The translations under genes and the position numbers were made by a program. Source: Candidatus Woesearchaeota archaeon (GTDB taxonomy: Archaea > Nanobdellota > Nanobdellia > SCGC-AAA011-G17 > JACPIM01). From it: a stretch of 64,000 nucleotides of DNA. Shown in pieces: positions 29,196-38,709 of the stretch (position 1 is the stretch's first letter; the number at the start of each line of letters is the position of its first letter). The notes under the pieces were generated by a model. The model was not told the origin of the DNA. It saw only the letters and a list, made by a program, of their open reading frames with translations, and searched no databases. Where the stretch lies: positions 65,113 to 129,112 of the forward strand of contig CAZELK010000002.1 of assembly GCA_964513145.1 (NCBI GenBank). The letters are read 5' to 3'.

Positions 29196-29769
29196 AAAGT
29201 TTCATAAAAAAATAAATAATTATGCCAAATAAACCCCCAATTAAATTAAATATCATATCCAAAGAAGAATTTATCCATGCCCCAATTAATGGGTCTTGCT
29301 TAAAACCTAAATCTCCTGTGCCGCCAAAATAAAAAAGTCCGTCTCCCTGACCAAAAACCAAATACCCGAGATATTCAATTATTTCAATTACAGATCCAAC
29401 ACCCAAGGCCGTACATAAAGCCAATAAAATTATTATGGCTTTATTTTTAGACCATCTGGAAAAATAATTTAAGAAAAATAAACTCAGAGAGAACCCACCA
29501 ATAAAATGAGTTAAATGATCATATTGAAAATAAACTGGTGAATTATTGTAAAATCCAAAGACACCAAGATTATGAGATAATAAAGATAAAAATATCAAAG
29601 AAAAGATTGCGTTGTTTAAATTAAATTCTTTATAAGACTTGAATAAAAAAATAAGGATGATAACGGAAGCTGATAAATCGAGGACATAAGGGCTTCTTTT
29701 TTGTATAGAATAAATAATTAATAATATAAAAATAATAATAAATCCATGAAATAAATTCTCTTTTTTCAT
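29188..29769 (-). CDS. DUF2238-like integral membrane protein (possible metal-binding hydrolase)
   Basis: Multi-TM; HN.G, YDHLTHF, EIIEY, D...NLIG. Confidence 0.65.
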   Translation of the reverse strand: MKKENLFHGFIIIFILLIIYSIQKRSPYVLDLSASVIILIFLFKSYKEFNLNNAIFSLIFLSLLSHNLGVFGFYNNSPVYFQYDHLTHFIGGFSLSLFFLNYFSRWSKNKAIIILLALCTALGVGSVIEIIEYLGYLVFGQGDGLFYFGGTGDLGFKQDPLIGAWINSSLDMIFNLIGGLFGIIIYFFMKLFK

Positions 29770-29787
29770 TTTGGGATTAAAAAATAA

Positions 29788-30137
29788 AATAGGTGTGTTA
29801 TAAGCCAGCTTCTGTTGAATTTCCTTTCGGAAAAATTCAGGCTAACATTTTACTAAGCGTCTGTAATAGACTTGCACTAGTCAGGGCTTGCCGTTTCATC
29901 CATTCCTATGGAATGTCTTTGGGTTAACTCATTTCCATTTCAGGAAATTTCGCCATGTTCATCCTACCCATAGGGGGTCTCGTTTCTGAGCAGTTGCCAA
30001 CTTTTTCAAGTTCTTTTTTTCAAAAGTGACACTTTCACTTTCAAAAAAAGTTTTTTATAGCTTTTTCAAAAGTTTAAGTGGCTGGACTTTCCTCAGACAA
30101 GTTTAAGGCTTATCCGATAGTTAGCTGCACACCTATT
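29788..30137 (-). ncRNA. rnpB: RNase P RNA
   Basis: P1 AATAGGTGTG/CACACCTATT, CR-I GAGGAAAGTCC, GAAAC elements, CR-V AACAGAAGCTGGCTTAT; carries an AT-rich hairpin insert around 30001-30076. Confidence 0.9.
30057..30076 (-). repeat. Degenerate hairpin element inside RNase P RNA
   Basis: TAAACTTTTGAAAAAGCTAT followed by further T-run/A-run hairpins. Confidence 0.6.
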
Positions 30138-30339
30138 TAAAAAAATTAAGGCTGTGATGCCTTTTAAATTTTTCTCTTGGTCTTCTCTGGTGCATAATCA
30201 AAACTTTTTAGTATAAATTTTCCTAAATTAGCAATAAAATCAGACTTTTACTTTAAAGATTTAGGCATTGCAGAATTATGGAAACTCTATTTCGCATTAA
30301 CCCAGAAAATAATTATTTCTTGTGCAAAGCTCAATTAAA

Positions 30340-30900
30340 TCAGGTAATAAATAACTTATATTTGTCTTCTCCTTTTATTTCTATTAGTATTCTTTTTACA
30401 ATTAATTTTCTTGGATCTGGTATTAATTTTACCCTGTTTCTAATATCATCATAACTTTCAAAAGGTTTTTCATTTCTTTTTTCCAGAATATCAGCCATAT
30501 GTTTCTTCCCAATTCCAGGCAATAGCTCTATTTGATGTCTTCTTGTATTTATGGGGTCGGCTTTGTTAAAAAACTCGACAAATTTAGCTTCATCTTTAGT
30601 AACAAGATCAGAAATAATTACTTCCAATTCTGTTTGGGCTGTTTGGGTGAGTTTATCAGCAGGAATTCTGCCTAGAATATGATGTATTTTATCCCTTTTT
30701 CCTTCACCCATATAAACTTCTTCATATGGCTGTAAAAAAACATCTCTTTTAGGAACTAATTCTAGAATTATAAAGTGTTCTTTACCAAGAGCTTGAGCTA
30801 TAGGAGTCTTTCTGTGCATTGGTCTTGTGTCGAACGGGTATCCATTCGGAAGAAAATCCAATATTATTGCTTTTTCTTCTTTTACATCTTTCTTGAACAT
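30340..30900 (-). CDS. DUF655 (COG1491) HhH RNA-binding protein
   Basis: RRHQIELLPGIGKK, PFESYDDI; conserved position after rpoF. Confidence 0.9.
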   Translation of the reverse strand: MFKKDVKEEKAIILDFLPNGYPFDTRPMHRKTPIAQALGKEHFIILELVPKRDVFLQPYEEVYMGEGKRDKIHHILGRIPADKLTQTAQTELEVIISDLVTKDEAKFVEFFNKADPINTRRHQIELLPGIGKKHMADILEKRNEKPFESYDDIRNRVKLIPDPRKLIVKRILIEIKGEDKYKLFIT

Positions 30901-30945
30901 TTTCTTCTACTTTTCCATTCTTGGTTAATTCTTTTTCTAAAATGG

Positions 30946-31281
30946 TTACTTTAAACATTCTAATATTTTTTTTAAATCCTCTTGCTTCAATGTAAGATTG
31001 TCACCAGTAAGTATGGATTTTAAACTATCTATGTCCTTAGGCATTAAATCAATAAGCTTTGTTATTTGCTTTTCTTTTAGTCTTTCAACCCCTAATTCAG
31101 ACAACTTCTTTTTCATTTCAATTGATTCCTTAGATTTTATTGCTGCTATCTTGGAAATATATTCTAAAACCTTCGTACCTTTTGGGGACAAAACTTTGTC
31201 TCTTTTGTTTATACTTTCTAAAGAATCTTTCACATCTAATAAACTAAGTGGTAATTCTTCTAATATTTCAATTTCTGCCAT
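30946..31281 (-). CDS. rpoF: RNA polymerase subunit Rpo4 (F)
   Basis: KLIDLMPKD...L; rpl21e-rpoF-DUF655 synteny. Confidence 0.85.
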   Translation of the reverse strand: MAEIEILEELPLSLLDVKDSLESINKRDKVLSPKGTKVLEYISKIAAIKSKESIEMKKKLSELGVERLKEKQITKLIDLMPKDIDSLKSILTGDNLTLKQEDLKKILECLK

Positions 31282-31287
31282 TTTTAT

Positions 31288-31578
31288 CTATAATCTTGTA
31301 ATATGAACTGGATGTACTATTAATTTCTTTGGTTTGTTCTTGTCTTTTATATGAACAAAATAACATTCACCTTTTTTGTCTCCTATTATGCCTTTGGCCC
31401 CATGAAATCTTGGGAAATACATCCCCTTATGTACTGAAGGGTTCATATCTAAATAAACTCTATCTCCTAATTTAAAATTTTGTAAATACTTTCTAAGGCT
31501 AACCTTCCCCTTATCATTAACATTTCGTCTAAGTTTGGAACGGGTTTTTCTTCTGCTTCCGCCTTTTCTTCTAGCCAT
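31288..31578 (-). CDS. rpl21e: 50S ribosomal protein eL21
   Basis: RRKTRSKL, GMYFPRFHG, VHPVH. Confidence 0.95.
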   Translation of the reverse strand: MARRKGGSRRKTRSKLRRNVNDKGKVSLRKYLQNFKLGDRVYLDMNPSVHKGMYFPRFHGAKGIIGDKKGECYFVHIKDKNKPKKLIVHPVHITRL

Positions 31579-31694
31579 AAAATTATAATAAAAGTTTCCT
31601 TTATAAAGCTTTTTGTAGAAATGCTGTGTTGTAGTATACAGATACTGGTTTAATTGAAAAGGTTTTTAAATACCCTATTCTATAAAAATCAAAA

Positions 31695-32153
31695 ATGAAT
31701 GAAATGAAACAAATAGTCAGAATAGCTAATGCAGATATAAATGGAGAGACAAAGATTTTTTATGCTTTAACAAAAATTTATGGGGTAAGTTATAGCTTTT
31801 CAAATGCTGTTTGCAATCACTTAAATCTAGATAAATTTAAACAAATAGGTGATTTAAATGATGAAGATGTAAAAAAAATTGAGGATGTAGTTAAAAACCC
31901 CTTAAAATATAATTTTCCTACTTTTATGTTAAACAGGAGAAAAGATATTGAAACTGGGGAAGACAGACATTTACTTGGACCTGACTTAAAATTGAGAAAA
32001 GATTTCGATATAAAGAGAATGAAAAGTGTAAAGACTTACAAAGGAATAAGACATGCTTTGGGCTTACCAGTAAGAGGACAGAGCACAAGATCACATTTCC
32101 ATAAAGGCAAATCTTTGGGAGTAAAGAAACCAAAAAAGAGTAAAAAAGGCTAA
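31695..32153 (+). CDS. rps13: 30S ribosomal protein uS13
   Basis: ALTKIYGV, YKGIRHALGLPVRGQST. Confidence 0.95.
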   Translation: MNEMKQIVRIANADINGETKIFYALTKIYGVSYSFSNAVCNHLNLDKFKQIGDLNDEDVKKIEDVVKNPLKYNFPTFMLNRRKDIETGEDRHLLGPDLKLRKDFDIKRMKSVKTYKGIRHALGLPVRGQSTRSHFHKGKSLGVKKPKKSKKG

Positions 32154-32184
32154 TAAGCTTTTAGAAAAAGCTTAAGCAAAAAAC
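32154..32184 (+). repeat. Dispersed hairpin-tail element after rps13 stop
   Basis: TAAGCTTTTAGAAAAAGCTTAAGCAAAAAAC. Confidence 0.8.
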
Positions 32185-32249
32185 GACAAAGCACTTAGGG
32201 AAAAACTAAAAATTAACAAAAAAATGGAAAAAAACTAGGAAAAATAAAC

Positions 32250-32855
32250 ATGGGAGATCCAAAGAAAAACAGAAAAAAGTATTCAACACCTGCGCATCCT
32301 TGGCAGGCGACAAGACTTAAGGAAGAAGCAGAACTAGTAAATAATTTTGGCTTAAAAAACAAGAAAGAAGTATGGAAAATGATTTCAATTATTAAAAGAT
32401 TTAAATCTCAGGCAAAGAGTTTAATTGCCGGATATACTGAGCAGAGCGAGAAAGAAAAGAAGCAATTAATTTCTAAACTTTTTAAACTTAATCTAGTAAA
32501 TGAAAATGCAACACTTGATGATGTTTTAGGATTAAAGATAGAAAATATCTTCGAGAGAAGACTTCAGACTTTAGTTTTTAAAAAAGGACTGGCCAGAACA
32601 ATTAAACAATCAAGACAATTTATTACAAATGGGCACATTTCTGTTAATGGGAGAAAATCCAATATTCCTTCTTATTTGGTTTTAAAAGATGAGGAAGCAA
32701 AAATATCTTTTAATTTAAACTCAAAATTAAGCAATGAAAATCATCCAGAGAGATTTAAAAAGGCTATAGAAGAATTAAAAGAAGAAAAGAAACATGTGAA
32801 AGAAGAAATTGAGGGTGGAAAAAAAGAATCATTAGTTGAGGTAAAAGCTTTTTAG
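32250..32855 (+). CDS. rps4: 30S ribosomal protein uS4
   Basis: MGDPKK, ERRLQTLV, ARTIKQSRQFITNGHI. Confidence 0.95.
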   Translation: MGDPKKNRKKYSTPAHPWQATRLKEEAELVNNFGLKNKKEVWKMISIIKRFKSQAKSLIAGYTEQSEKEKKQLISKLFKLNLVNENATLDDVLGLKIENIFERRLQTLVFKKGLARTIKQSRQFITNGHISVNGRKSNIPSYLVLKDEEAKISFNLNSKLSNENHPERFKKAIEELKEEKKHVKEEIEGGKKESLVEVKAF

Positions 32856-32876
32856 AAGAAAGCTTTAGCAAAAAAC
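32844..32876 (+). repeat. Dispersed hairpin-tail element overlapping rps4 C-terminus/stop
   Basis: AAAGCTTTTTAGAAGAAAGCTTTAGCAAAAAAC. Confidence 0.8.
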
Positions 32877-32885
32877 GGAAAATAA

Positions 32886-33287
32886 ATGGAAAAACAACAA
32901 AAATTAAAATGGGGAATAGCACATATTTATTCATCTTATAATAATACTATAATTCATATAACTTCGTTATGCGGTACAGAAACAATTTCAAAAGCTTCTG
33001 GCGGAATGATGGTAAAAGCAGACAGATTAGAAAGCAGTCCGACTGCTGCAATGGGTGCTGCGAGACAGGCAGCTGAGGAAGCAAAAGAAAAAGGAATTAA
33101 TGCTATTCACATAAAAATAAGAGCGCCTGGCGGTCATAATGGGCCTACAAGTCCAGGACCAGGAGCACAAGCAGCAATTAGAACTTTATCTAGAGTAGGA
33201 TTAAAAGTGGGTATAATTGAAGATGTAACTTCAGTTCCTAGTGATGGTTGTAGAAAAAAAGGTGGACGCAGAGGTCGCCGAGTTTAA
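32886..33287 (+). CDS. rps11: 30S ribosomal protein uS11
   Basis: [28 protein letters not shown]. Confidence 0.95.
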   Translation: MEKQQKLKWGIAHIYSSYNNTIIHITSLCGTETISKASGGMMVKADRLESSPTAAMGAARQAAEEAKEKGINAIHIKIRAPGGHNGPTSPGPGAQAAIRTLSRVGLKVGIIEDVTSVPSDGCRKKGGRRGRRV

Positions 33288-33304
33288 CTAAATAGTAGTA
33301 ACAA

Positions 33305-34486
33305 TTATTTAATTCCAAAAATTTCTTCTTTGGCATAACCTCCCTTTCTTAAAATTCTCTCACCAGTTTTTATAACTTGACCTGAGCTTATTAACGATTT
33401 GGAATAAGTTTTATTCCCTTTGATATGACTTCTTATTACAGAATTTCCGACTTGAAGTTCTTTTGCTAGTTCAGATACGCTTTTTGGTTTTTCTTTTAAA
33501 GAATTAATAATTAAATCTTTAGTTTCTTTTGGTTTTCTTTTAAACCATGGGTGAAGTTGAATATTGCATAAAGCAAAAAGATTTTCTTCTTTGTAATTTA
33601 TAGGTAATGGAGAGATTGACTTATATAAATCTTGAAAACTAGACGCACTAAAACAAAATTTCCATACTGTACTTATATAATTGTATATCTTACCTTTTTC
33701 TTTTATGTTTATTTTTCTTGTTCTTGATGCTATTTTGTTTAATTTATAATAAATACTAAAAATTTCATGAAGATCTTCAACTAATTTTTTATTTGATAAT
33801 TCTATTCTTACTTTTTCATTTATATCACTTTCATCAATAATTAATGCTTTTACTATTTCATCTGTTAAGAATTTATTTTCTTTTGCAAGTTTCTTGAATT
33901 TTTCTGATAAAATACAAAGTTTTGAATTAAATGAATTAATTTCTAGAATTTTTATTGTTAAATAGGCGATAGTATATGAAAAGTATAATTGGTTTTCTTT
34001 TTCCATTAAATTTATTGGAACTTCTCCAAATATATTTAATCTCTTTTTATGATATTCAGTTAATGTTTCTTCATAAGAATAAAAATAATTTCCTCTTTTA
34101 AATCTGAACGAACCATCAAATATTAAATGAGGAGCAACATAAAATAAATCTTTTAAATTAAATGGGAGTTTGGGATTTTTTATTATTGTTCCATCTTCTT
34201 GATTCCCAATAGTTCCTATATTTTCTTCGACCTCTTCTTTTGATATATCTGAAAATTCTATTAATTGATTTAATTCTTTTATTGTAAGTCTTATTTCTTG
34301 ATTGAATAATCTTTTAGAGTGATAATCTTTACAGTCTAAAATGTATTGAAAGCAATTTTTGTACTTACATTTTAATTTAACTTGAATTATATAACATAAT
34401 TTTTCATGAAAATCTCTTTTTAAACTCACAAATATATCTTCAGGCAATTGCCAATAATGAATTGACAAATCCCCTTTTTTATCCAT
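33305..34486 (-). CDS. Free-standing LAGLIDADG-like two-motif protein with C-terminal HTH
   Basis: Motif 1 VAPHLIFDGS, motif 2 IVKALIIDES about 95 aa later; C-terminal KPKSVSELAKELQVGNSVIRSHI HTH. Confidence 0.65.
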   Translation of the reverse strand: MDKKGDLSIHYWQLPEDIFVSLKRDFHEKLCYIIQVKLKCKYKNCFQYILDCKDYHSKRLFNQEIRLTIKELNQLIEFSDISKEEVEENIGTIGNQEDGTIIKNPKLPFNLKDLFYVAPHLIFDGSFRFKRGNYFYSYEETLTEYHKKRLNIFGEVPINLMEKENQLYFSYTIAYLTIKILEINSFNSKLCILSEKFKKLAKENKFLTDEIVKALIIDESDINEKVRIELSNKKLVEDLHEIFSIYYKLNKIASRTRKINIKEKGKIYNYISTVWKFCFSASSFQDLYKSISPLPINYKEENLFALCNIQLHPWFKRKPKETKDLIINSLKEKPKSVSELAKELQVGNSVIRSHIKGNKTYSKSLISSGQVIKTGERILRKGGYAKEEIFGIK

Positions 34487-34756
34487 AGATATGAAAAGAC
34501 TCCAAACTATATAAGTTTCAGGCTGGTCTTTGTCTTGTCCAGTAGTTTTGTCCTGTTGTTAAAATGTTGTTATGAGCTTTATAGCTTAATTTTAATCCGG
34601 AAGAATTACGACTGTCTTGTATAAATTTCCGAGAAAACCAGAAAGTTTACGAAATAAAATAATTTTTTATCACTCGCGCGTTTATCCACATATATATATA
34701 TATTCTTTAATCAACATAATTTTTAAAATATTTTATTATAAATGAGGTGAATATTT

Positions 34757-35260
34757 ATGGATAAAGATAGTAAAATTATTTTTAGTGTTGTTTTAGTTTT
34801 GTTAGTTGCAATGGTTTCTTTTAATTTTGTGAATGGAAATGAAATTACGGGAAATCAAGTTAGGTTACCCACTTTTACATTAGGCAATTCAGCTTGTATT
34901 TTTCTAGATGGTCAATATGTTGCTAATCAAGCACAAAAGAGTATATTAGCAAATAGCAATGCTGGTGATATTTGTCAAAAAATGTTATCAAATAGATATA
35001 AACCGGCAGCTTACCAAATAAAATATTATAAGGCTTCTTTCTCTGATGCTAGTTGTTCAAATGCTGTTATGGAACAAGAATGGAGTGAAGTTATAATCCC
35101 ACAGGCTCTTGCAGGAAAATTTGGTGGAAATACTCCTCGTTTACAAGATGATTATATTTATCAACAATGTGCTCCAGCAGCTAACCCTAGTGTTACTTGG
35201 TTGTCTTATGCTAGAACAGAATCTTGGAGGTTAACTGGTGTACTTTGTTGTACTAAATAA
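34757..35260 (+). CDS. Hypothetical exported protein
   Basis: Signal-like N-terminus followed by ITGNQV; GAGGTG RBS; Cys at both ends. Confidence 0.6.
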   Translation: MDKDSKIIFSVVLVLLVAMVSFNFVNGNEITGNQVRLPTFTLGNSACIFLDGQYVANQAQKSILANSNAGDICQKMLSNRYKPAAYQIKYYKASFSDASCSNAVMEQEWSEVIIPQALAGKFGGNTPRLQDDYIYQQCAPAANPSVTWLSYARTESWRLTGVLCCTK

Positions 35261-35284
35261 TTTTTTAATTTTTATTTTTAAAAA

Positions 35285-35995
35285 GTGGCTAGATTGAACA
35301 AAACTTTGATTTTGCAAATTGTAATCTTATTCTTATTTCTACCTATAACTATTTCTGAAAATAAGGGAATATTAACTGGAACTGTTGTTGATAGTTTAAA
35401 TAATTTGGTTGGCAATGTTGATGTTCAAGTTTATTGCGGTTCATCTATTATTGCTGGAAAAACTGATGAATATGGAACTTTCATTATAAGAAATTTACCA
35501 AGTGGTTCTTGTAAAGCTTATGCAAAATATAAAGATGCAATTGGTTTTAGCAATGTAGTTTTAATTCAGAATGAGACAAAAGAGATAAGCATAGTTTTAG
35601 ATAAGACAATAATTGATATTTCTAAAGCAAATAATAATTATTTAGTTTGGATTTTGATTGTGTTTTTAATAGTTTTGATTATTCTTTTTTTGACAAAGAA
35701 TAAAAAATTCAAAAATATATTTGAAATGAAAGCAAAAATTAAAAAAAGAAAACATAAAAATAAGATTTCCATTTCTAAGATTGATACTTTAATGAAGGCA
35801 CTATCTCAAAGAGAAAGACAAATAATAGAGGCTTTAATCACGCATAATGGAGAAACTACACAAGCTAAAATACGTTACGATACAAACATACCAAAAGCAA
35901 GTCTTTCTCGTCACATAAAGAATCTAGAACAGAAAAAAATAATTGAAGTAAAAAGAATTGGGAAGGTAAGCAAAATAGAATTACTTGAAAAATGA
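35285..35995 (+). CDS. Membrane-spanning regulator: extracellular carboxypeptidase-regulatory-like beta-sandwich, TM helix, cytoplasmic winged HTH
   Basis: GILTGTVVDS..NLVGNVDV..TDEYGTF..RNLPSG; TM YLVWILIV..; LSQRERQII...GETTQAKI...KASLSRHIKNLEQKKII. Confidence 0.75.
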   Translation: MARLNKTLILQIVILFLFLPITISENKGILTGTVVDSLNNLVGNVDVQVYCGSSIIAGKTDEYGTFIIRNLPSGSCKAYAKYKDAIGFSNVVLIQNETKEISIVLDKTIIDISKANNNYLVWILIVFLIVLIILFLTKNKKFKNIFEMKAKIKKRKHKNKISISKIDTLMKALSQRERQIIEALITHNGETTQAKIRYDTNIPKASLSRHIKNLEQKKIIEVKRIGKVSKIELLEK

Positions 35996-36048
35996 TTGTT
36001 CCATTAATTGTTCCACATTGTTCCAGAAAAATCTTATATATAGTTCCA
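35995..36048 (+). promoter_or_regulatory. Three ATTGTTCCA direct repeats upstream of a TATA box, plus a downstream half-site
   Basis: 35995-36003, 36007-36015, 36017-36025; TTATATAT at ~36034; AGTTCCA at 36042. Confidence 0.6.
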
Positions 36049-36089
36049 CTAAAATAAATATCATAAATCAAATTTCGGAGGATATAAAA

Positions 36090-38231
36090 ATGAATATAAA
36101 AAAGATTGTAAATTTAATTTTATTTATTGTATTAATAAGTGTGTTAAGTAATATGTCTTTTGCACAAAATAATCAAAGTAATAACACAAATGGCAGTACA
36201 GGTACATTTTATTCTTGTACTGATTCTGATGGTGGATTAAATTATTTTACAAATGGTTTTGCCCAAAGTGGTGGAATTATTACTGAAGATACTTGTTTTT
36301 TAAGATATAACGCTGGTGGAGGTCAAGCTGTAAGTTCTTGTTCTGGTCAATATTGTGCTTTAGAAGAAGCATTTTGCAGTGCTAATAATCCCGCAATTTA
36401 TTCCCCCAATGGGTTAGGTGTTCCCTGTCCAAATGGTTGTCAATATGGTGCTTGTATAAATCCAAATGAAACAAATCAAACTTATCCAGAATATGAGAAA
36501 ATTATTAACGGTCTAAAAATTAAAGTTTTAGGGACTACTTTTGCAACAACCCAAAGTGAGAGAAGTGCTACATTATTAGTAAATGGCAATAAAGTTTTCT
36601 TAAATGTTGGGCAATCTACCAATATTAATGGAAAAGTTATAACTTTAGTTAATGTTGGCAGTAGTGGAGCAGTATTAATCGATGTAAGTGGCCAAACTGA
36701 AACTATTAATGGTTCGCCTAATTCAATTCCAACAACTGAGGAAAATCCAGAAGTAGCCCCTTATACAAAAATAATTAATGGGATTGAAATAAAAGTATTA
36801 AATACACAATATGCTGTAGCTAAAAGCGATAGAAGAGCTACCCTATTGATTAATAAAAATCAATTTGACTTGGGAGTTGGAGCTGTTGTAACTGTTGAAG
36901 GCAAGAAAGTAACTTTGCAAAATGTAGGTAGCAGCGGTGCAGTTTTAGTTGACGTTAATGGTGTTATTGATACAATTAATGGACCAGCTTCAACAAGTTC
37001 AGAACAAACAGGAACAGATTCAGATTCTAGTCAAGGTATTGAAGTAAAGCCAGTTGTCAAAGATATAATAATATTGAAAGGATATTCTTCTGATGGGGAT
37101 TTATCTAACTTGCCAGAGCCCTTTGTTTCAAAGGAAGGAGTTTACAATGATAATACAGTTATTGTTGTAGGAAGCAGGTCTGATGCGCAAGATGTATTAG
37201 GGGCAGGAGACATTACAGAAAAATTACAATTTTTAGCAAAAAAGAACAACAAAGTTACTGTTACAATTCTCAAAGATACAGAATTATTTGACCCTTTTTC
37301 AAAAAATACAATAGCATTATCAAGTCTTGACAGTAACAATAATTGTGTAAATACTATTGTTGAAAAATTCATTAGATGTAGAGATTTAAATTTAAAATCT
37401 GGTGAAGCTATATTTAAATTTGTATCTCAAAATAATAAACAATCTCTAATGATTGTAGGAAAAGCTAGTATGGATGTTCGTTTTGCAACAAAAGTCTTTA
37501 AGGATTTTGAAAATTATAGACTTTCTGGAAATGAAGTAAAAATAATTGGTATTTTAAGCACAAGCAATGTTCCTTATCAATCTGAAGAAAGAAATAGACA
37601 AACCGATAATGAACAAACTTGTAACATACCTGTTTCAAATGCTTTAATGTATGCTGTTTCATTAAATCCAGATGGAATATGTATGGGTGGCGAATTAGGG
37701 GATTTAATTGTACCTCCAGCATTTGTTGATAACTCAAATCATCCAATACCAAATTTACAACCAAGAGGTTATTTAGACCAAAATAGAGGAATTTTATCCT
37801 GTAGTATACCTTGCAGTGTTCCTGTTAAAAGAACTTGCTTAAAAGATTTTGGAGTAACTTATCAAGGAGCTAATTATGAAGAGAATTTAGTTGATAGAAC
37901 AAGATGTCAATCAACTTCAACTCCTATAGGACCAAATGGAGAATGCAATAATGGCTGTAAGGTTGATAACAGATGTTTGCAATATGGATCTAGATTTGTT
38001 AGAAATGAAAAGCCAGTTTATTGTGACTTGGATGCTGATGTTAGAACACAAAAACAAAACAGAGATTCTTGCCAAAATAACTACGAATGTCTAAGCAATA
38101 GCTGTGGAAATGGGATTTGCCAAGACATTAATGAGAGGATAGAAGGGATTGAACAGGAACTTAAGGAACAAAGAAGTTTATTACAGAAAATTTTAGATTT
38201 CTTTTCTAGATTATTTAGTAGAGAGGAATAA
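36090..38231 (+). CDS. Cell-surface/S-layer-like protein with internal repeats and Cys-rich modules
   Basis: Start reassigned (GGAGG RBS, signal peptide); CTDSDGG Cys module; duplicated KIING..KVL...NVGSSGAVL.DV.G repeat; VVGSRSDAQDVLGAGDI S-layer-like motif; C-terminal coiled coil and FFSRLF. Confidence 0.65.
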   Translation: MNIKKIVNLILFIVLISVLSNMSFAQNNQSNNTNGSTGTFYSCTDSDGGLNYFTNGFAQSGGIITEDTCFLRYNAGGGQAVSSCSGQYCALEEAFCSANNPAIYSPNGLGVPCPNGCQYGACINPNETNQTYPEYEKIINGLKIKVLGTTFATTQSERSATLLVNGNKVFLNVGQSTNINGKVITLVNVGSSGAVLIDVSGQTETINGSPNSIPTTEENPEVAPYTKIINGIEIKVLNTQYAVAKSDRRATLLINKNQFDLGVGAVVTVEGKKVTLQNVGSSGAVLVDVNGVIDTINGPASTSSEQTGTDSDSSQGIEVKPVVKDIIILKGYSSDGDLSNLPEPFVSKEGVYNDNTVIVVGSRSDAQDVLGAGDITEKLQFLAKKNNKVTVTILKDTELFDPFSKNTIALSSLDSNNNCVNTIVEKFIRCRDLNLKSGEAIFKFVSQNNKQSLMIVGKASMDVRFATKVFKDFENYRLSGNEVKIIGILSTSNVPYQSEERNRQTDNEQTCNIPVSNALMYAVSLNPDGICMGGELGDLIVPPAFVDNSNHPIPNLQPRGYLDQNRGILSCSIPCSVPVKRTCLKDFGVTYQGANYEENLVDRTRCQSTSTPIGPNGECNNGCKVDNRCLQYGSRFVRNEKPVYCDLDADVRTQKQNRDSCQNNYECLSNSCGNGICQDINERIEGIEQELKEQRSLLQKILDFFSRLFSREE

Positions 38232-38250
38232 TTTTATTTTTTCTTTTATA

Positions 38251-38709
38251 TTTTTAAATCTTTTAAAAAAAAATAAAATAAAAAAAGTCGGCAAGGGATT
38301 TTATACAAAATATGATGAAAGTTCCCTCTCTGTTTTTGCATTTAAACCGGCTTATTTGGGGCTGCAAAGCGCCTTAAGTTTCTATAATTTATGGGAGCAA
38401 GAAACAATACCTGTAATTCTAACTACAAAAAAAGTTAGAAGGGGAATTAGAAAAATCTTAGGGACAAATGTTTTGATAAGAAATCTTAATAAAAAGTATT
38501 TTTTTGGTTTCGGGCTTTTGAAAGAAGGCAGCTTTTACTTTCCATATTCAGATATAGAAAAAACATTTATTGATCTGGTTGTTTTTAATCAGCCAATTGA
38601 TAAACAATTATTAAAAGAAATAAAAAAGAAGATGAATTTTAAAAAATTAGAAGCTTATCTGAAAAGATATCCAGAAAAGTTAAGAATTAGAGTTAAAAAG
38701 TTAATTTAG
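38251..38709 (+). pseudogene. 5'-truncated AbiEi-like (type IV TA antitoxin-like) gene
   Basis: Frame reads FLNLLKKNKIKKVGKGFYT...PAYLGLQSALSFYNL.EQ...YFFGF...SDIEKTFID; no ATG between the in-frame stop at 38194-38196 and the homologous region. Confidence 0.55.

Noticed and set aside
30140-30335. Additional ncRNA or ORF upstream of RNase P
   Set aside because: No recognisable conserved motif or convincing ORF
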